Part shown: positions 30,073 to 32,435 of the stretch, one piece after another
How positions within the stretch are numbered: the stretch's first letter is position 1
How the letters are laid out: each line of letters opens with the position of its first letter
Sequence record: SRR20825006_2868
Length of the DNA stretch: 32,435 nucleotides
Reading direction: 5' to 3' (one strand)
Notes under the pieces: model-generated
The model's input: only the letters and a program-made list of their open reading frames with translations
The model's database searches: none
Told to the model about the DNA's origin: nothing
Translations under genes and position numbers: made by a program

Positions 30073-30612
30073 ATGATGAACAGCATGACAAAACAATCTC
30101 TTTCGACAGCGCTGATTGCCGTTGTGCTGTTTGTCATTACCACTGCTGCCAGTGCCCGGGGTGTTTATCAGACCAATGATGAATTCCTTAATGAAGTTTT
30201 CAGCCAGCAGGTGCCGAAAAGTGATGTGGTCTGGCTAAAAGGTGAAGTGCGGGAGCAGGTCAAGGCGATTATGGGCCACCATTATGCCGGATTGCGGATC
30301 CGTTACTGGATGAAAAATGAACGCAGTGCCTGGATCCTCGAAGAAATCGGTAAGGAAGAACCCATTACCTTTGGCGTCGTCGTCAATGGCGACAAGGTAG
30401 AAAGGGTAAAAGTGCTGGCCTATCGTGAAAGCCGTGGCTGGGAAGTCAAACACCCCGCTTTTACCCAGCAATTTAGCGATGCGAAACTGGAAAACAACGA
30501 ACTGGATCGCAATATTGACGGCATTACCGGTGCAACGCTGTCCGTCAGGGCTATGACTGCGGTAGTGACACTGGCATTATATCTTGATGAGTTTGTCAGC
30601 ACACAGAGTTAA
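30073..30612 (+). CDS. Periplasmic FMN-binding (RnfG/NqrC/NosR-type FMN_bind domain) protein
   Basis: Signal peptide ending ASA, EEIGKEEPIT, YRESRGWEV, F..QF, and flavinylation motif DGITGAT (30517-30537). Start is uncertain among 30067-30085. Confidence 0.85.
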   Translation: MMNSMTKQSLSTALIAVVLFVITTAASARGVYQTNDEFLNEVFSQQVPKSDVVWLKGEVREQVKAIMGHHYAGLRIRYWMKNERSAWILEEIGKEEPITFGVVVNGDKVERVKVLAYRESRGWEVKHPAFTQQFSDAKLENNELDRNIDGITGATLSVRAMTAVVTLALYLDEFVSTQS

Positions 30613-30615
30613 TCT

Positions 30616-31332
30616 ATGAATCGCAGAATGCGAAGCCTGCACCGCAGCATGGGCGTAGCGGTCGCGCTGTTCCTGCTGTTGTTTGCCGCAACAGGGGTCA
30701 TTCTTAACCATTCCGCCCAATTCAAATTGAATCAACGCTACATCAGCTCAGACTGGTTGATGAGCCATTATGGTATCGGTAGTGCAGAGGCCGATATTTC
30801 CTTCCTGGTAGATAATAAAATCATTTCCCAATTCGATACCCAACTGTTTGTCGATGCCGAGCCGATAACGCATTTGGATCGACCACTGGTCGGGGCTATC
30901 ATGCTGGAAGACTTGATTGTACTGGCCACCGACCAGGCGCTGGTACTGCTTACCCATCAAGGGGAGCTTGTTGAAAGAATGGGGGCCGAAGTGGGTGTAC
31001 CGGCACCGATTCAGAACATCGGCACCTATCATGGCGAACCGGTATTACAGGCCCGCAATGGTATGTGGCGCAGCAATTTTATGCTCGATATCTGGGAACC
31101 GATGTCATTACAGGGCGTCTCATGGAGTAGGCCCCATCCCATGCCTGACAGTGTTGCAGAAGAGCTGAAAACCTTCTTTTACGGCAAAGGGGTGACAGTC
31201 GAGCAGTTATTAATCGATATTCACAACGGCCGTATTCTGGGGACGGCGGGTATCTGGTTAATTGATATTCTGGGCATCCTGCTGGTGGTTCTGTCTTTCA
31301 CCGGTCTGTGGATGTGGGGAAGAAGGCTGTAA
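30616..31332 (+). CDS. PepSY-associated TM-helix inner-membrane protein (VciB-like putative heme-b reductase)
   Basis: LHRSMG-TM-TGVILNH at the N-terminus, a periplasmic loop, then DIHNGRILG-TM-TGLWMW at the C-terminus (conserved His next to TM helices). Confidence 0.8.
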   Translation: MNRRMRSLHRSMGVAVALFLLLFAATGVILNHSAQFKLNQRYISSDWLMSHYGIGSAEADISFLVDNKIISQFDTQLFVDAEPITHLDRPLVGAIMLEDLIVLATDQALVLLTHQGELVERMGAEVGVPAPIQNIGTYHGEPVLQARNGMWRSNFMLDIWEPMSLQGVSWSRPHPMPDSVAEELKTFFYGKGVTVEQLLIDIHNGRILGTAGIWLIDILGILLVVLSFTGLWMWGRRL

Positions 31333-31368
31333 TCAGATTACGTTAATTAGAGGAGTAACCTACAGAGA

Positions 31369-32331
31369 ATGAGACAGACAGAGTTCCCTTATTTACCCAA
31401 GGACTTTGTCCAGACTGCTGATGGTCTCATCTTCGCTGTGGTCAGTTACCATCCTCATCAGGGTAAAGTCGGTTGTTTTCTGCGTTATGTCGATAACGGC
31501 GACAGCTGGCAGAAAATTGATACCCTGCATGCCAATCGGCTGCTTTCCCGCCATCATCCGCAATACCTCTATAAATCCAAACAGTTCGATGCTGAATTTC
31601 ATGCTGTAGATGTCGCTGACATTGCCGCTCATCACCGGCCTGAAGTTCGTCTGAAGACGCTTAAAAATCAGCCTGAGCCGACTGATGAAATCGAAGAAAA
31701 GCTATCCCGCCTGCTCACTATTTTGGTGCAGTTTGGTGTGGATTGTGACTTTTTGGGGCTGACCGGATCGATGTTGATTGCTAATCAGAAAGCCGGTTCG
31801 GATATTGATTTGGTGGTTTACGGCCGTGAGGCATTTCATCAAACCCGCCACGCAGTGAGACAGGCCATAGCTTCCGGGCTGCTCGAGGAGCTGGATCTGT
31901 CGCTGATGCGGGACAATTTCCAACGCCGCGGCGGTGAACTGAATTTTGAAGAATTTGCCTGGCATGAATCTCGCAAATTCAATAAAGCAGCAATTGATGG
32001 CACCAAGTTTGATATCGGTATGGTTTCGCTCCCGCAAGAGCTGGAACCCGAGCATCGTCATTACATCAAACAGGGAATCTCAACCGTCAAAGCCACCGTG
32101 ATCGATGATCACCGCGCTTTCGATTTTCCTGCCCATTATCTGATTGATAACGAAATGACGCCCGAAGTGGTGTCATTTACGCATACCTATGTCGGCCAGG
32201 CTCAGGTTGGGGAGACCATTGAGATCACAGGTGCTGTTGAATGTGACTCTGCCTCCGGTCAAAGACGACTGGTGGTGGGATCGACGCGAGAAGCTATTGG
32301 TGAATACATAAAGGTGTGTAGAGAATTATGA
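31369..32331 (+). CDS. Predicted nucleotidyltransferase (pol-beta superfamily), resembling the archaeal COG1665 type
   Basis: GLTGS-x10-DID motif, N-terminal [17 protein letters not shown]-fold-like C-terminus [15 protein letters not shown]...[17 protein letters not shown]. Confidence 0.72.
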   Translation: MRQTEFPYLPKDFVQTADGLIFAVVSYHPHQGKVGCFLRYVDNGDSWQKIDTLHANRLLSRHHPQYLYKSKQFDAEFHAVDVADIAAHHRPEVRLKTLKNQPEPTDEIEEKLSRLLTILVQFGVDCDFLGLTGSMLIANQKAGSDIDLVVYGREAFHQTRHAVRQAIASGLLEELDLSLMRDNFQRRGGELNFEEFAWHESRKFNKAAIDGTKFDIGMVSLPQELEPEHRHYIKQGISTVKATVIDDHRAFDFPAHYLIDNEMTPEVVSFTHTYVGQAQVGETIEITGAVECDSASGQRRLVVGSTREAIGEYIKVCREL

Positions 32332-32435
32332 GTGAAGTAGAAAATCCTGCTAAAGCGGATATCGGGCTGGTTGGTCTGGCTGTGATGGGTCAGAACCTGG
32401 TCCTTAATATGAATGACAAGGGCTTCAGGGTCTCG
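32328..32435 (+). CDS. gnd: 6-phosphogluconate dehydrogenase (decarboxylating), 5' fragment
   Basis: Translates as [36 protein letters not shown], the canonical Gnd Rossmann start. ATGA overlap with the upstream gene; truncated by the window edge. Confidence 0.92.
   Translation, partial: MSEVENPAKADIGLVGLAVMGQNLVLNMNDKGFRVS

Noticed and set aside
31369-32331. Nucleotidyltransferase as an anti-phage (CBASS) or toxin-antitoxin component
   Set aside because: No effector, HEPN or Cap genes adjacent, and it is coupled to housekeeping gnd.

Overview
A gene-dense, mostly housekeeping window from a Gammaproteobacterium. A marine methylotroph such as Methylophaga is my impression from the protein sequences, not something the window proves. 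Left to right: 5' part of a tRNA-Arg gene; a tightly packed minus-strand run engB-soxC-soxD-glgP, divergent from cytochrome c4-resB-ccsA(resC)-dsbA; mltF; trhP/yegQ convergent with tadA; waaA, lpxL and a PagL-family deacylase; rplM-rpsI; uppP; dld convergent with serA; ybaN-nitroreductase-HopJ-like; efpL; a 1052-aa membrane HD-GYP sensor; rbgA; and slp. Next comes an iron-type locus with two near-identical Fur boxes. The first precedes three small unknown ORFs. The second precedes a porin, a periplasmic FMN-binding protein with a flavinylation motif and a PepSY-TM/VciB-like membrane protein. The window ends with an archaeal-type nucleotidyltransferase coupled to the 5' end of gnd. I found no mobile element, prophage or CRISPR array. 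The best candidate for an under-described system is the Fur-boxed locus at ~27.9-31.3 kb, which looks like TonB-independent reductive iron acquisition plus three uncharacterised small proteins. All family assignments come from motif recognition by eye; no searches were run.
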